Shown piece by piece: positions 1-9,561 of a stretch of DNA of 62,993 bases. The stretch spans positions 1 through 62,993 of the forward strand of contig CAZBLF010000003.1 of NCBI GenBank assembly GCA_964492935.1. The letters are read 5' to 3'. A program made the position numbers and the translations under genes. Under the pieces are notes generated by a model. The model made no database searches. It was given only the letters and a program-made list of their open reading frames with translations, and had not been told where the DNA came from. The stretch comes from an uncultured Methanosarcinales archaeon. Lineage in GTDB: Archaea; Nanobdellota; Nanobdellia; Woesearchaeales; JACPBV01. Numbering within the stretch: the stretch's first letter is position 1; each line of letters opens with the position of its first letter.

Positions 1-99
1 AAACGAGGAGTAAGAGACATACAGAAATTAGTATTGGCACCCTTAATTGTGACATCTTTCTTTTTTAGCGGAACCGGTATTTAAACATGCTCATTTCGT

Positions 100-933
100 T
101 TATAGTTGTTGGAGCACTTCATTTACGCTCTCTTCTGCCCACCTTTGTGCGAGGAGTTCTTGTTTTACTTGTTGTTGTGACATCCCCGTGGCCATTTTTG
201 ATTGGATATAGGTACGTAATTGTTCTTGATGGGGGTCAAGTGGAGTTAATTTTTTGTGTTTGATGGTGATAAGAGTGGTTATCAGACCTAGGACGAGAAA
301 CGCATTAATGATTAGTGAAACTATCAACAGAACATTTCGATCTTCGGGAGCAGATAGTGCTTGCTCCGAGGGAGGTGATTGTTGAGAAGAGGGAGTAGAT
401 TGGTCCGGAGTTGATTGCTGGGTGTTGACTGTTTGCTGGTTAGATGTTGCCTCACTTTGCTGACAGGGTAGGCATACTCCTCCGCAGTCAACTCCCGCCT
501 CATCTCCATTTTTCACCCTATCGGTGCAACTGGGAAGCGTGCATTTGTTTGCTAGGCAATACTTCGTTAGACAGTCGTTTCTAGAGGTGCATGTTTTCTC
601 TCTTTCACAACCACTACAGCTTCCTCCACAATCAACATCAGTCTCATCTCCATTGAGGATTCCGTTGGTGCAGGTGTTGGTAGTAGTAGGTCCTTGATTG
701 GAGTTGGTAGTGGTAGTGGTTGTTTGATTTGTAGATGTAGTTGCTGATTGATTTGTATTTGTGCTAGTCGTGGCATCATTATCATCAGCTTGGCTTGTAG
801 GCGACGAGGTATCGGCTGGCGGAGTGTTACTGCCACTCATGGAAGGAGGAGCTGGAGGGGGAGCGGGTGGGGGTGCGATTACTGCAGGTAGTAAAACGAG
901 TATACAGAGTAGTACAACCATAACGATACGCAT
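100..933 (-). CDS. Surface/membrane protein with Pro/Thr-rich linker and two Cys-rich modules
   Basis: 277-aa ORF. Hydrophobic N-terminus (MRIVMVVLLCILVLLPAVIA), PPPAPPPAPP and a T/N/Q-rich low-complexity stretch. Two copies of an NGD-E-x-VDCGG-x-C-x2-C module. C-terminal TM helix plus short tail. Confidence 0.6.
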   Translation of the reverse strand: MRIVMVVLLCILVLLPAVIAPPPAPPPAPPSMSGSNTPPADTSSPTSQADDNDATTSTNTNQSATTSTNQTTTTTTNSNQGPTTTNTCTNGILNGDETDVDCGGSCSGCEREKTCTSRNDCLTKYCLANKCTLPSCTDRVKNGDEAGVDCGGVCLPCQQSEATSNQQTVNTQQSTPDQSTPSSQQSPPSEQALSAPEDRNVLLIVSLIINAFLVLGLITTLITIKHKKLTPLDPHQEQLRTYIQSKMATGMSQQQVKQELLAQRWAEESVNEVLQQL

Positions 934-977
934 GATGCTTATTTGTTATCCTGCATTATAAACTTTATCTTTTATTC

Positions 978-3900
978 TCAGAAATCCTTCAGGCTGATCT
1001 GGCCCTTTCTTTTATTTTCTTTTATTTTGAGTTTGTCGAAGTCTTGGCCTACTTGTTTTTTTACGGAAATTGCGGTGGCTTTGCCTAGGATTTGGACGAG
1101 ATTCATGATTTCGATCTTTTTGATGTCTCCTAGGGTGCGGATGCTGTTCTTGTGGAGTTTTCTCCCGCGTGCACGACCTATGCCTTTTAATTTTAGGAGA
1201 GGTATTAGTTCTTCTTTAACGCCATTCGTGATTCTTATTCTCAATTTTTGCATGTGAGAGGATAATTTAGGGAGACTCATGAGCTTGGTTAATTCGATGC
1301 AACAGTAGCAGAGCCAATCGGCGATGTCGATCTTGGTGCGTACTTCACCGGGACGGATGTTGTACTTTTCTAGGAGATTTTCCTCGGTGTTTTCATCTAT
1401 CCAGTCGAGGAAAAAGAGTGCTGTTTTCATCGCATTGAGGAAATCATCATATTCTGCATCATAGAGCGAGGGTTCTTTTTCTAAGAGGGCATGTTCTACT
1501 TTATTGACTGCTTCGTTGACGTCGTCATGATCTTTTGCCGTTACTCTGAGTTGTGGACGAATTTCTAGGGTTGATGAAAGGAGATGGAGGAAGCTGATGG
1601 TGGGGACTTTCATTCTTGTTGCGCGTTGCATGCCGAGAATTAATTGATGTGCGGTGTAGGGATCTAGATAGAGCTCGGCTACACGCTTGCCTACTCGTGT
1701 AGCTTCGTATTTTTCGTCCTTAAGGTTGTCGGCTGATTCGAAGTCGTTGTGGTTAGTGTTGGATTTGAGAAACTCCCACTCTTCTAGAAGTTCAAGCATG
1801 GATTCTATTTTGCCCTGAAGGACATGCATGTCTTCAAATTGGTGGGCCCAGAAGGTTTTTCCAAAGAAATCGAAGATTTGTTGTTTTGTTGAGACGAAAT
1901 CGGCTGCAATGAGGCTGAGTAAGTAGGTTCTTAATACTGGTTCAACGGCTAATTTGCTCTGGATGTCTTCGGGGTCGGCTAGCAAGTACTTTTCTGTTAG
2001 TTTTTCTTTTTCTAGTTCGGATGCTGCTATGACGATGGCTTGGCCTTCTGTATCGTATCCGGGACGTCCTGCTCGACCGGCCATCTGGAGATATTCTAGA
2101 ACTGGAATATAGGTTAATCCACGAAAGCCGAATCTTCTGAGGTCTTTGATGATGGTTCTGAAGGCTGGCAAATCTAGGCCCATTGAATTATGAACAATGA
2201 ACCCCTCGGCAACGAACATATGGTTATTTTTTGGAGTGGAAGGCAGCATAATATCATACACGGTTTCTTTTTTTCTTACTACTTTGATGCTTCTCAACCG
2301 GTCCCAGAAGATATCTCCTTCGAAATCTTGATCTCTCCAACCCTTTTTGATGAACCAATCCAGTTCATTTTCACACAGTGGACAATTTCTCAATCTGAAG
2401 AATTCGACAATACTCTTTTCCCTTTGGAGTATGTTGTTGTAGAAATACGTTCCTATCTTATTGAGACTCCATAACCACTCCGTCTTGCTTCTACTTCCTA
2501 TTCTTCTTTTATCAATCAATTCATAGTGATGATTCAAGCGAGCATCTTTCTTTTTTGGTTCTGTCCCGAATAGTTTCTTGAGCTCTCTTGATCTGAGTTC
2601 ACCTTTTCCCCCAAGAAGCATTAGCACTCTCCTTTTGATCCCGCCCCATTCTTTCATTTCTTTTGTTCTACCATTGAACAGGTCTTTGTAAATCTTGTAC
2701 TGGCATTTTTTACATTCTACAAAGTTAACATTCGCACAGATTTTGCCTACAAGGTCTATGAGCACATCCTGTTTTCTTTTTACTCTGAAACCTATGTGCT
2801 TATAGAAATCAAGAATGCATATCTTTTGGTGTATTTCTAGCTGAAAGCAGGGCAACGTTTTGTACTCTTTGCGATCTATCTTCATTGAACCAGCTTTCTT
2901 TGTACGGATTCTGCTGACGATTCCAAATCTCAGTAGCAGCTTTTGAGTCTGTCGTATCAATTTTTCCGAGGTATTACAGAAGCCAGGCCCCATTCCACGA
3001 TCTACAAAACCGTCTGTGTCAAAAAGACCTTGCAGAAGTCCGATGGTGTTCGCCCTATTTAGATTCAAGAGTTTGTTATTGATGTGTTTCTCTTTACCTT
3101 TTTCAACGCCACATCGCACTAAGAATTCTCTAAACCATTTATTTTTACCCAACACTAGGGAGGGGGTGCCACTCGCCATGATAGTTTCTCTTTTGCTGAT
3201 TCCGAGTATTTCACAAACAACTCTAGCTACCTGAAAGATTTCTATGTCAATTCCGACAAGCGAGGGTGATCCTTTGTAGATTATTTTATTGCCAACTGTT
3301 TCTGCTCCAGAATAACCATCGCCTAGCATTGCCCCTATAAAGTATGAAATCGATGCATCTATAATTATTGGGGAGCTGTCTGTCTGATTATCATTTACAA
3401 AGTCACCCATTTTGAAGCTTTGGCTCTTATTAATCTTCAGCCGACCAATAGTTGCGATTTTGTTCTTCCTTTTGACATGCTTTGCTTGGACTAGTTTTTT
3501 CTGTTGGCCACTTTTAATTAGCATTTCATGTTCGGGAGTTACGAGAATCTTGTATCCAGAAACTGAGGTAATTTCTATAAGTTCTGATACCTCTCCAATT
3601 CTTGCAACTTTTTTTGGTTTCATGGCTATTACATCGCTATTGGAAAGCGCAAAAAGTTTATTGGAAGATCTGAACTCATGTATCTCGGTTTCTTTAGTTC
3701 CGTGCCAGATTTTAGTGTTCTTGGCAAGGCAGAGGGTAGGGGTACAACAAATTATTTTTACGTTTCCTGCCTTGAAATTATCTTCGATGAGGGTGCGTTG
3801 TTTAGTTGTTAACCCCGCATGATGGAAGGCAACTCCTTTTTTGAGACATCTTCCAAGCCGTTTGCATTGTTTGGTCGGCGAGGGTAGCGCCTTAAGGGCT

Positions 3901-4085
3901 GCAGTTTCTAAATCGTCTAAGGGTTGCCGGGTTGTAATCTTTGCTGCGATGTCTTCGGCTGCTTTTTCTGCTGAACGTTTTGTGTTTGCGAAAATGAGTG
4001 CTTGTTTCTTTAATTTGATGGTATCAAGTGCTAGATTGATGTCTGCTCTTTCAGAAATGGTCTCAATTTTCAGTGCCCTACTCAT
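978..4085 (-). CDS. Hel308/Ski2-type helicase, RecA2 + winged-helix + ratchet + HhH part only, interrupted by an intein (no RecA1 domain)
   Basis: 1035-aa ORF. Motif IV-like ALIFANTKRSAEKAA at residues 29-43, then HHAGL and motif V TPTL followed by the intein. The extein resumes at SMGLDLPA, then motif VI QMAGRAGRPGYD and a C-terminal HhH (LKLKGIGRARGRKL). An in-frame TAG (4086-4088) lies directly upstream of the ATG. No Walker A or DExH segment is present. Confidence 0.85.
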   Translation of the reverse strand: MSRALKIETISERADINLALDTIKLKKQALIFANTKRSAEKAAEDIAAKITTRQPLDDLETAALKALPSPTKQCKRLGRCLKKGVAFHHAGLTTKQRTLIEDNFKAGNVKIICCTPTLCLAKNTKIWHGTKETEIHEFRSSNKLFALSNSDVIAMKPKKVARIGEVSELIEITSVSGYKILVTPEHEMLIKSGQQKKLVQAKHVKRKNKIATIGRLKINKSQSFKMGDFVNDNQTDSSPIIIDASISYFIGAMLGDGYSGAETVGNKIIYKGSPSLVGIDIEIFQVARVVCEILGISKRETIMASGTPSLVLGKNKWFREFLVRCGVEKGKEKHINNKLLNLNRANTIGLLQGLFDTDGFVDRGMGPGFCNTSEKLIRQTQKLLLRFGIVSRIRTKKAGSMKIDRKEYKTLPCFQLEIHQKICILDFYKHIGFRVKRKQDVLIDLVGKICANVNFVECKKCQYKIYKDLFNGRTKEMKEWGGIKRRVLMLLGGKGELRSRELKKLFGTEPKKKDARLNHHYELIDKRRIGSRSKTEWLWSLNKIGTYFYNNILQREKSIVEFFRLRNCPLCENELDWFIKKGWRDQDFEGDIFWDRLRSIKVVRKKETVYDIMLPSTPKNNHMFVAEGFIVHNSMGLDLPAFRTIIKDLRRFGFRGLTYIPVLEYLQMAGRAGRPGYDTEGQAIVIAASELEKEKLTEKYLLADPEDIQSKLAVEPVLRTYLLSLIAADFVSTKQQIFDFFGKTFWAHQFEDMHVLQGKIESMLELLEEWEFLKSNTNHNDFESADNLKDEKYEATRVGKRVAELYLDPYTAHQLILGMQRATRMKVPTISFLHLLSSTLEIRPQLRVTAKDHDDVNEAVNKVEHALLEKEPSLYDAEYDDFLNAMKTALFFLDWIDENTEENLLEKYNIRPGEVRTKIDIADWLCYCCIELTKLMSLPKLSSHMQKLRIRITNGVKEELIPLLKLKGIGRARGRKLHKNSIRTLGDIKKIEIMNLVQILGKATAISVKKQVGQDFDKLKIKENKRKGQISLKDF
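2187..3731 (-). mobile_element. Intein (515 aa) with LAGLIDADG homing-endonuclease domain, inserted in helicase motif V
   Basis: Begins with Cys (TPTL|CLAKNTKIW) and ends FIVHN|S. Block B is VTPEHEML. LAGLIDADG motifs are FIGAMLGDGYSG and LLQGLFDTDGFV. There is an extra CKKC...CPLC pair. Codons checked: 3729-3731 gca = Cys, 2187-2189 att = Asn (residues 119-633). Confidence 0.85.
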
Positions 4086-4107
4086 CTATTGAGAGTAGCG
4101 CACTTAC

Positions 4108-4116
4108 TTTTATATC
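4108..4116 (-). promoter_or_regulatory. TATA-like box for the helicase fragment
   Basis: Minus strand reads GATATAAAA, 23-31 nt upstream of the ATG at 4085. It lies over the 3' end of the neighbouring gene. Confidence 0.5.
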
Positions 4117-5279
4117 TTTTCTAGTGCTTGTTTGATATCTTCTACTAGGTCATCTGTATCTTCTATTCCTACTGAAAGTCTTACAAGGTTATCTGTGATT
4201 CCGATCTTTAGCCTTTTTTCTTCCTGTATCGATGCATGGGTCATGCGTGCTGGATGGTTTACTAATGATTCTACTCCTCCCAGGCTTTCTGCAAGGGAGA
4301 ATAGATCAAGATTTTCCATGAATCTTTTTGCATGTTTGTATTCTCCGTTGATTATTAGTGTAATCATACCACCAAAACCCTTCATTTGCGTTTTTGCTAG
4401 CTCATGCTGAGAGTGTGATTCAAGCCCAGGATAGTAAACCTTCTCTATCTTGGGATGGTTTTCTAGAACTTTTGCTATTGCTATCGCATTTTTCTCGTGT
4501 TGCTGCATTCTTGCATGTAGTGTCTTGAGGCCGCGAGCAACGAGGTAACTATCAAATGGACTTAGCATGAGTCCTGCTGCGTTTTGGGTGTACTGTAGCT
4601 TTTTGTAAATCTCTTTATTGTTGAGCATTAGTGCTCCCCCTATACTATCGCTATGCCCGTTGATGTATTTAGAGGTGCTATGGAGGACGATATCTGCTCC
4701 TTGTTCTAAGGGATTCTGGAATACGGGAGACATGAATGTGTTGTCCACAATCACTAGAATATCTTTTACAGCCTTCTTTATATCCTTGATATCGCTTAGC
4801 TTCATCATGGGATTTGTTGGACTTTCAAGCCAGATGAGTTTTGTGTTTTCTTTTACAGCATGTTTGATGTTTTCTGGATTTGTTGCGTCAACATATTCTA
4901 CCGCTACGTTGAAGTTATTGCTGAAGACTTTGTCGAAGAGTCTCATGGTTCCCCCATATAAGTCATCGGATGCGATTACATGGTCTCCTGATTGCAGAAT
5001 GGATAATGCTATGAGCGTTTGCGCAGTTAGTCCTGATGTTGTTGCTAGAGCGTGTGTGGCATGTTCGATGGCTGCGAGTTTTTTTTCAAGAGTGAACCTA
5101 GTGGGGTTGCCAGATCTTGAATATTCATAGCCATTAGTGGGTATGTCAACTTCTTTTCTTGCGAAGGTTGATGATAGGTGAATGGGAATGACTACATCAC
5201 CCGAACCTCCTTCTTTTAGATTTGGTTTCTCTCCTGCGTGGATTGCTTCTGTTCTAATATTTCCATTCATTGAAATCAC
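4110..5279 (-). CDS. Cystathionine gamma-lyase/gamma-synthase family PLP enzyme (Cys/Met metabolism)
   Basis: 389 aa. The family pattern YSRSGNPT, DNTFMSP and STSKYINGHSD (PLP lysine) is present. The length fits the family. Confidence 0.85.
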   Translation of the reverse strand: MISMNGNIRTEAIHAGEKPNLKEGGSGDVVIPIHLSSTFARKEVDIPTNGYEYSRSGNPTRFTLEKKLAAIEHATHALATTSGLTAQTLIALSILQSGDHVIASDDLYGGTMRLFDKVFSNNFNVAVEYVDATNPENIKHAVKENTKLIWLESPTNPMMKLSDIKDIKKAVKDILVIVDNTFMSPVFQNPLEQGADIVLHSTSKYINGHSDSIGGALMLNNKEIYKKLQYTQNAAGLMLSPFDSYLVARGLKTLHARMQQHEKNAIAIAKVLENHPKIEKVYYPGLESHSQHELAKTQMKGFGGMITLIINGEYKHAKRFMENLDLFSLAESLGGVESLVNHPARMTHASIQEEKRLKIGITDNLVRLSVGIEDTDDLVEDIKQALEKI

Positions 5280-6180
5280 CGTAGATGTTTTTTGTTAGAT
5301 ATCTCTCTCCAGCGTCTGGAAAGATGGTTACTATGTTCTTTTCGGGATGTTCGGAAGCGATCTTTTTCGCAGCCCAGAATGCTGCACCTGAAGAGCTTCC
5401 TACTAACATTCCATGTTTACTTGCAAGCTCAAGGACTGCTGCATGCGCATCTTCATCCTGGACTACAATCGATCTTTCTATTATCGAACTATCAATGAAG
5501 TTCGAGAGATTTTCTTTTTCAACACCAATACCTTCAATCTTGTGGGATTCTTTCTTATCGCTTGTGAATGCGGATCCCTTGGGTTCTACAGCAATAATCT
5601 TGATTTCCGGATTTTTTTCTTTGAGATACTTTCCTGCACCTATGATCGTTCCAGCAGTTCCCATTCCGGCAATAAGGAAATCTATCTTTCCCAACTCTTT
5701 TCGAATTTCAGGTCCCGTTGTTTCATAATGTGCCTTCGGATTTGCTGGATTTGAGAATTGTTCTGGGATGTATGCGTTAGGGATTGTGTTTTGTAGCTCT
5801 TTTGCCTTGGCTATTGCTCCCATCATCCCTCCTTCAGTCGGAGTATGGACAATTTTTGCTCCCAACGCTTTCATAATGATTTGTTTTTCCTCGCTGAATC
5901 GCTCAGGCACTACTGCGATGAACTTATATCCTTTCTGAGTTGCGATTAACGCTAATCCAATCCCTGTGTTGCCTGCAGTAGGCTCAATAATGGTGGTGCT
6001 ACGATCGATCCTACCTTCTTTTTCTGCTTCTTCTATGAGATAGAGGGCAGTCCTATCTTTAATGCTCCCTCCTGGGTTGAATTGTTCAAGTTTTGCGTAA
6101 ATTTTGGTGTTTTTTATTCTTATTAGCGGCGTATTACCAATCAATTGAGTAATATCTGAAATCATAATGATGACCTCCAT
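5254..6180 (-). CDS. Cysteine synthase / cystathionine beta-synthase family (fold-type II PLP enzyme)
   Basis: 308 aa. Motifs NPGGSIKDR (PLP Lys), EPTAGNTG, GMGTAGTIIG and SSGAA. The 3' end overlaps the next gene by 26 nt. Confidence 0.85.
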   Translation of the reverse strand: MEVIIMISDITQLIGNTPLIRIKNTKIYAKLEQFNPGGSIKDRTALYLIEEAEKEGRIDRSTTIIEPTAGNTGIGLALIATQKGYKFIAVVPERFSEEKQIIMKALGAKIVHTPTEGGMMGAIAKAKELQNTIPNAYIPEQFSNPANPKAHYETTGPEIRKELGKIDFLIAGMGTAGTIIGAGKYLKEKNPEIKIIAVEPKGSAFTSDKKESHKIEGIGVEKENLSNFIDSSIIERSIVVQDEDAHAAVLELASKHGMLVGSSSGAAFWAAKKIASEHPEKNIVTIFPDAGERYLTKNIYGDFNEWKY

Positions 6181-6284
6181 TGAATTTTAATCTAAAACGA
6201 TGTAGAAAGAACTAACAACAACAAAATTTTACTGTGTAATGAATTGCCATACTTTGAGAATTACTTGGTTTTATATAAAACTAA

Positions 6285-8276
6285 CTACCCTGTGACCGCG
6301 TACTGATAGAAGATGTCTGGATCTTGTGTTGATTGAGTGGGTGTTGTTTGTTGTACTGTGGTTGCTGGTTGTTGCTGGACAATTCTGACCATATTGATGT
6401 TCCATTCTTCCTTTACTTTTTCTTTGCCGTCACTTACTGTGACTTTTACTTTTTTCTTTCCTGGAGAGGTGAAAGTGCGGCGCATGGCGGAGGTTCCATT
6501 GTATTTTTCTAATAACCCAAAGTCCCAGGTGTAGGTTAATGTATCTCCATCCGGATCGACTGCATCGATGATGAACGTTACGGGTCGACCGGCAATGCCT
6601 TTGCTCCCTGATTTGGGTTGTGCCGTTTTGATGATCGGTGCTCGATTGACGTGTTCCACAAGAATAGGTATTTCGATATCAGTAGTATCGGCGCCATCGC
6701 TTACGGTGGCTTGAAGAGTGATGTTGTTTACTCCTGAAAGTGATGTGTCGTAATCAGGTGTCCAGGTGATGGTGGTATCTTGAATGTTCATGCCGCGAGG
6801 TGGATCTCTAAGTTGCAGAGTGGTAGGATCCCTGTCTGGATCAGTAATTTCTACATTGAATTCAATCTCTTGATTTTCCTTTACTTCAAGGCTGGCAGGT
6901 ACGGTTGCAGTTGGTGGGCGATTAGTGTTTGTAACCTCAACGATGAGATCTCGTGTTTCTTTGAGGAATCCATCTGAAGCGGTGACTTTTACAATATGCT
7001 TTCCTTCGTCATCGAAGTTTGTGAGGTAGGTATCGGAGGCCATCCATCCTGCGTAGGTGAATTTGATGGCGTCGTTATCTGCATCGAAGGCTTCTGGAGT
7101 TATGGTGATGGATTCTCCTTCGGCTACGGTGATGGTAGATAGTTCAACGAGCTGTGGTGGTCTATTGATGTGCTTGACCCAGATATAGATGGTGTCGGTT
7201 GTGGTGAGATCGTTACTTTCTGCAACGAATTCTAATTTGAAGGGGTAGTAGAGCAGGTGAAATTTGTCTGCAATCTTTTCTATAAGCGTATCTTTGTTTA
7301 CCGTTTCGAAATCCGTTTGCCAGGTGAATGTGTTGCCATCGAATGAGGCGCCATTGGGTAGGTTTGTGAGTGCAATTTGTACTCGATCTCCATCAGGATC
7401 TTCGGAGTTAACGTCGAATGAAACTTCATCATTTTCATTTATGAAAATTGCTCCGATGCGGTCAAAAATAGGATTTCGATCGTTATCGAGTACGGTTACT
7501 ACAATGGTTTTTTCGACTTCAAAGTCTCGATCGGTAAGGGTGATGGTGACGTCATATTCTCCGGCATCATCAAAAGTAGTTTTCCAGGTTCCTGTTTCTA
7601 ATGGCGCGGAAATTTGATATTGCAGATTGAGTGCCGCGAAGTCTGGCAGTGTAAGGGAGACGGTTTCGGTTTCGGTAACGGTGATGTCCTCAAAGGCATC
7701 TAGGAGTGCTTCACGATCGACTTCTTGTACTTCTATTTCCCAGGTGAATGAGGCTTCCTTATCGCCATCTCCGATATTGACGGAAAGTTCGAGATTGCCG
7801 GCATCACCGTAATCTGCAAGAAATTCGAGGGTGTTGGTTGTTGTTTCAAGTTCTCTTTCATTGAGCACCCAGTTATACTCTAGGTTATCGCCATTGATGT
7901 CGGAGGCGTCGATAGAAAAGGTAGCAACTTGGCCTTCTTTCATGACTACTTGCTGTGGAGGGCTCGTTGTGAGTATTTCTGGAGCTTCGTTTTTCTTCTC
8001 AACGACAAGAAGTACCTCTTTAGCTGTTGTTAACTCCCCGTCAGAAACTCGGATGCTAATGTTGTAGGTGCCGGCATCGCCATACGTGGTTTGCCACTGT
8101 CCTTCCTCATTAAGAGGAGGGGTATAGTAGATATTGAGTTGGTCGTTGTCTGGATCGTTAACGGTTACTTTGAGATTGACGAAATCGGTTTCTTGGACTT
8201 CAACGGTTTCAATGGCAAAAGCTAGGGTTAGTGAACTTATTAAAATAATCACGAATACTGCTAGCTTTGCCTTCAT
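6285..8276 (-). CDS. Secreted protein with about 7 tandem PKD/cadherin-like Ig repeats
   Basis: 663 aa. Signal-like N-terminus MKAKLAVFVIILISSLTLAFA. Repeated units of about 90 aa each carry a DPDxD/DxNGD motif (DPDNDQL, DINGDNL, DPDGDRV, DADNDAI, DPDRDPT, DPDGDTL). Confidence 0.7.
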   Translation of the reverse strand: MKAKLAVFVIILISSLTLAFAIETVEVQETDFVNLKVTVNDPDNDQLNIYYTPPLNEEGQWQTTYGDAGTYNISIRVSDGELTTAKEVLLVVEKKNEAPEILTTSPPQQVVMKEGQVATFSIDASDINGDNLEYNWVLNERELETTTNTLEFLADYGDAGNLELSVNIGDGDKEASFTWEIEVQEVDREALLDAFEDITVTETETVSLTLPDFAALNLQYQISAPLETGTWKTTFDDAGEYDVTITLTDRDFEVEKTIVVTVLDNDRNPIFDRIGAIFINENDEVSFDVNSEDPDGDRVQIALTNLPNGASFDGNTFTWQTDFETVNKDTLIEKIADKFHLLYYPFKLEFVAESNDLTTTDTIYIWVKHINRPPQLVELSTITVAEGESITITPEAFDADNDAIKFTYAGWMASDTYLTNFDDEGKHIVKVTASDGFLKETRDLIVEVTNTNRPPTATVPASLEVKENQEIEFNVEITDPDRDPTTLQLRDPPRGMNIQDTTITWTPDYDTSLSGVNNITLQATVSDGADTTDIEIPILVEHVNRAPIIKTAQPKSGSKGIAGRPVTFIIDAVDPDGDTLTYTWDFGLLEKYNGTSAMRRTFTSPGKKKVKVTVSDGKEKVKEEWNINMVRIVQQQPATTVQQTTPTQSTQDPDIFYQYAVTG

Positions 8277-8293
8277 TGATACCCCCTACAGGC

Positions 8294-9400
8294 TTACCCA
8301 AGGGTAATGTCTTCGATGACTGGAGGTCTGTTGACGTTTCCTACAACAATACTCACTTCCTGACTTACTTCATCTGTTCCATCAGATGCAGTTATGGTCA
8401 CGGAGTACGACCCTGAGTCATCGTGGTTTGTTTCCCACACAAAATTCTCTCCGTCCTGGCTGAATCTCTCATCATCGATTGTAAATTGAATTTCATCTCC
8501 ATCGGGATCTGAAGCTACCGGCGTGAGTGTAACTAGTTCAGTCTCTGATAGTGCAATGTCTTGAATGGTTTCAAGTGTTGGTTCTCGGTTGAGATTTGCT
8601 ACCGTTATTTCCCAGCTGTGTCTAACTTCAGAGACGCTGTCTGAGATAATAACCTCTAGTGAGTGTTCGCCTGCCGAACTAAAGTCTAATGGTAGGGAGA
8701 AGCTTTCTGCATCGGTAGAAAGTTCTTCACCGTTGAGGCGCCAGCTGTATGCTAATGCATCGTTGTTCAGATCATTGGCTTCGGCTGTGAATTCTATTGA
8801 TGAATCCTCGACTGCGGTAACTGCTGATTGTGTTGGGATGGTGCTTCCAATGACTGGAGACTCTTCTTTCTTGTTCACAATAACTAGTACATCTTTTGCT
8901 GCGGTTAACTCTCCGTCAGATGCGGTGATGGTGATGGTATATTCGCCTTCGTCGCCATACGTGGTTTGCCAGACGCCGCCCTGATTGATAGGGGAGGTGT
9001 AGCTTAATGAGATGCTATCCTGGTCGGGGTCGTCTACCTGCGGTTTAAGCGATACGAGATCGGTTTCTTGTACGATAAGGATTTTAGCGTTGGAGGGAGG
9101 TGTTGCTTCAACAGGTTCTGGGATGACTTCTTCTACTGTTTCTTCAACAGGCTCTTCAGTGGGTGTTTCTTCTACTGTTTCTTCTGGAAGTGCTGGAGGC
9201 TGTTCGATGATGTCTTCTTCGCCTGCGTCAACGGGTAGCGGAGGAGGTAGGTCATCTGATTCTTCTACTTTGATATCTTCTAGCGAAATAAATTCTGTAT
9301 CTGAAGCTGGCTCTAGGCCATAGAGTTGATTAATGGTTTCGCAACCTGTTGCTAAGAATAGTGTAAGGATGATGCTTATTATCAGTACTTTTTTTATCAT
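8294..9400 (-). CDS. Putative lipoprotein with acidic linker and the same Ig-like repeats
   Basis: 368 aa. Lipobox-like LFLATGC follows a hydrophobic N-terminus. An E/P/V-rich linker is followed by three repeats with DPDQD/DLNND/DPDGD motifs, homologous to the downstream gene. Confidence 0.7.
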   Translation of the reverse strand: MIKKVLIISIILTLFLATGCETINQLYGLEPASDTEFISLEDIKVEESDDLPPPLPVDAGEEDIIEQPPALPEETVEETPTEEPVEETVEEVIPEPVEATPPSNAKILIVQETDLVSLKPQVDDPDQDSISLSYTSPINQGGVWQTTYGDEGEYTITITASDGELTAAKDVLVIVNKKEESPVIGSTIPTQSAVTAVEDSSIEFTAEANDLNNDALAYSWRLNGEELSTDAESFSLPLDFSSAGEHSLEVIISDSVSEVRHSWEITVANLNREPTLETIQDIALSETELVTLTPVASDPDGDEIQFTIDDERFSQDGENFVWETNHDDSGSYSVTITASDGTDEVSQEVSIVVGNVNRPPVIEDITLG

Positions 9401-9561
9401 GAAATCCCCTCCGATTGGTAAAGTGTTGTTATTCTTTAATACACAACTTCTATATAAACTTTTGGGTAGTTAAAATTCTTTTGTTGTCACTGCTATCGAC
9501 GAATTTTTGGTTTTGTGGGTAATGGGAGAGGTAAGGAAATGGTGTCAGAAGTTGAGAAAAA

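Noticed and set aside
7264-9323. Several 60-140-aa plus-strand ORFs (for example 7264-7617, 8565-8984, 9012-9323)
   Set aside because: They are antisense shadows within the repeat-rich surface-protein genes, with S/V/T-rich composition typical of such artefacts.
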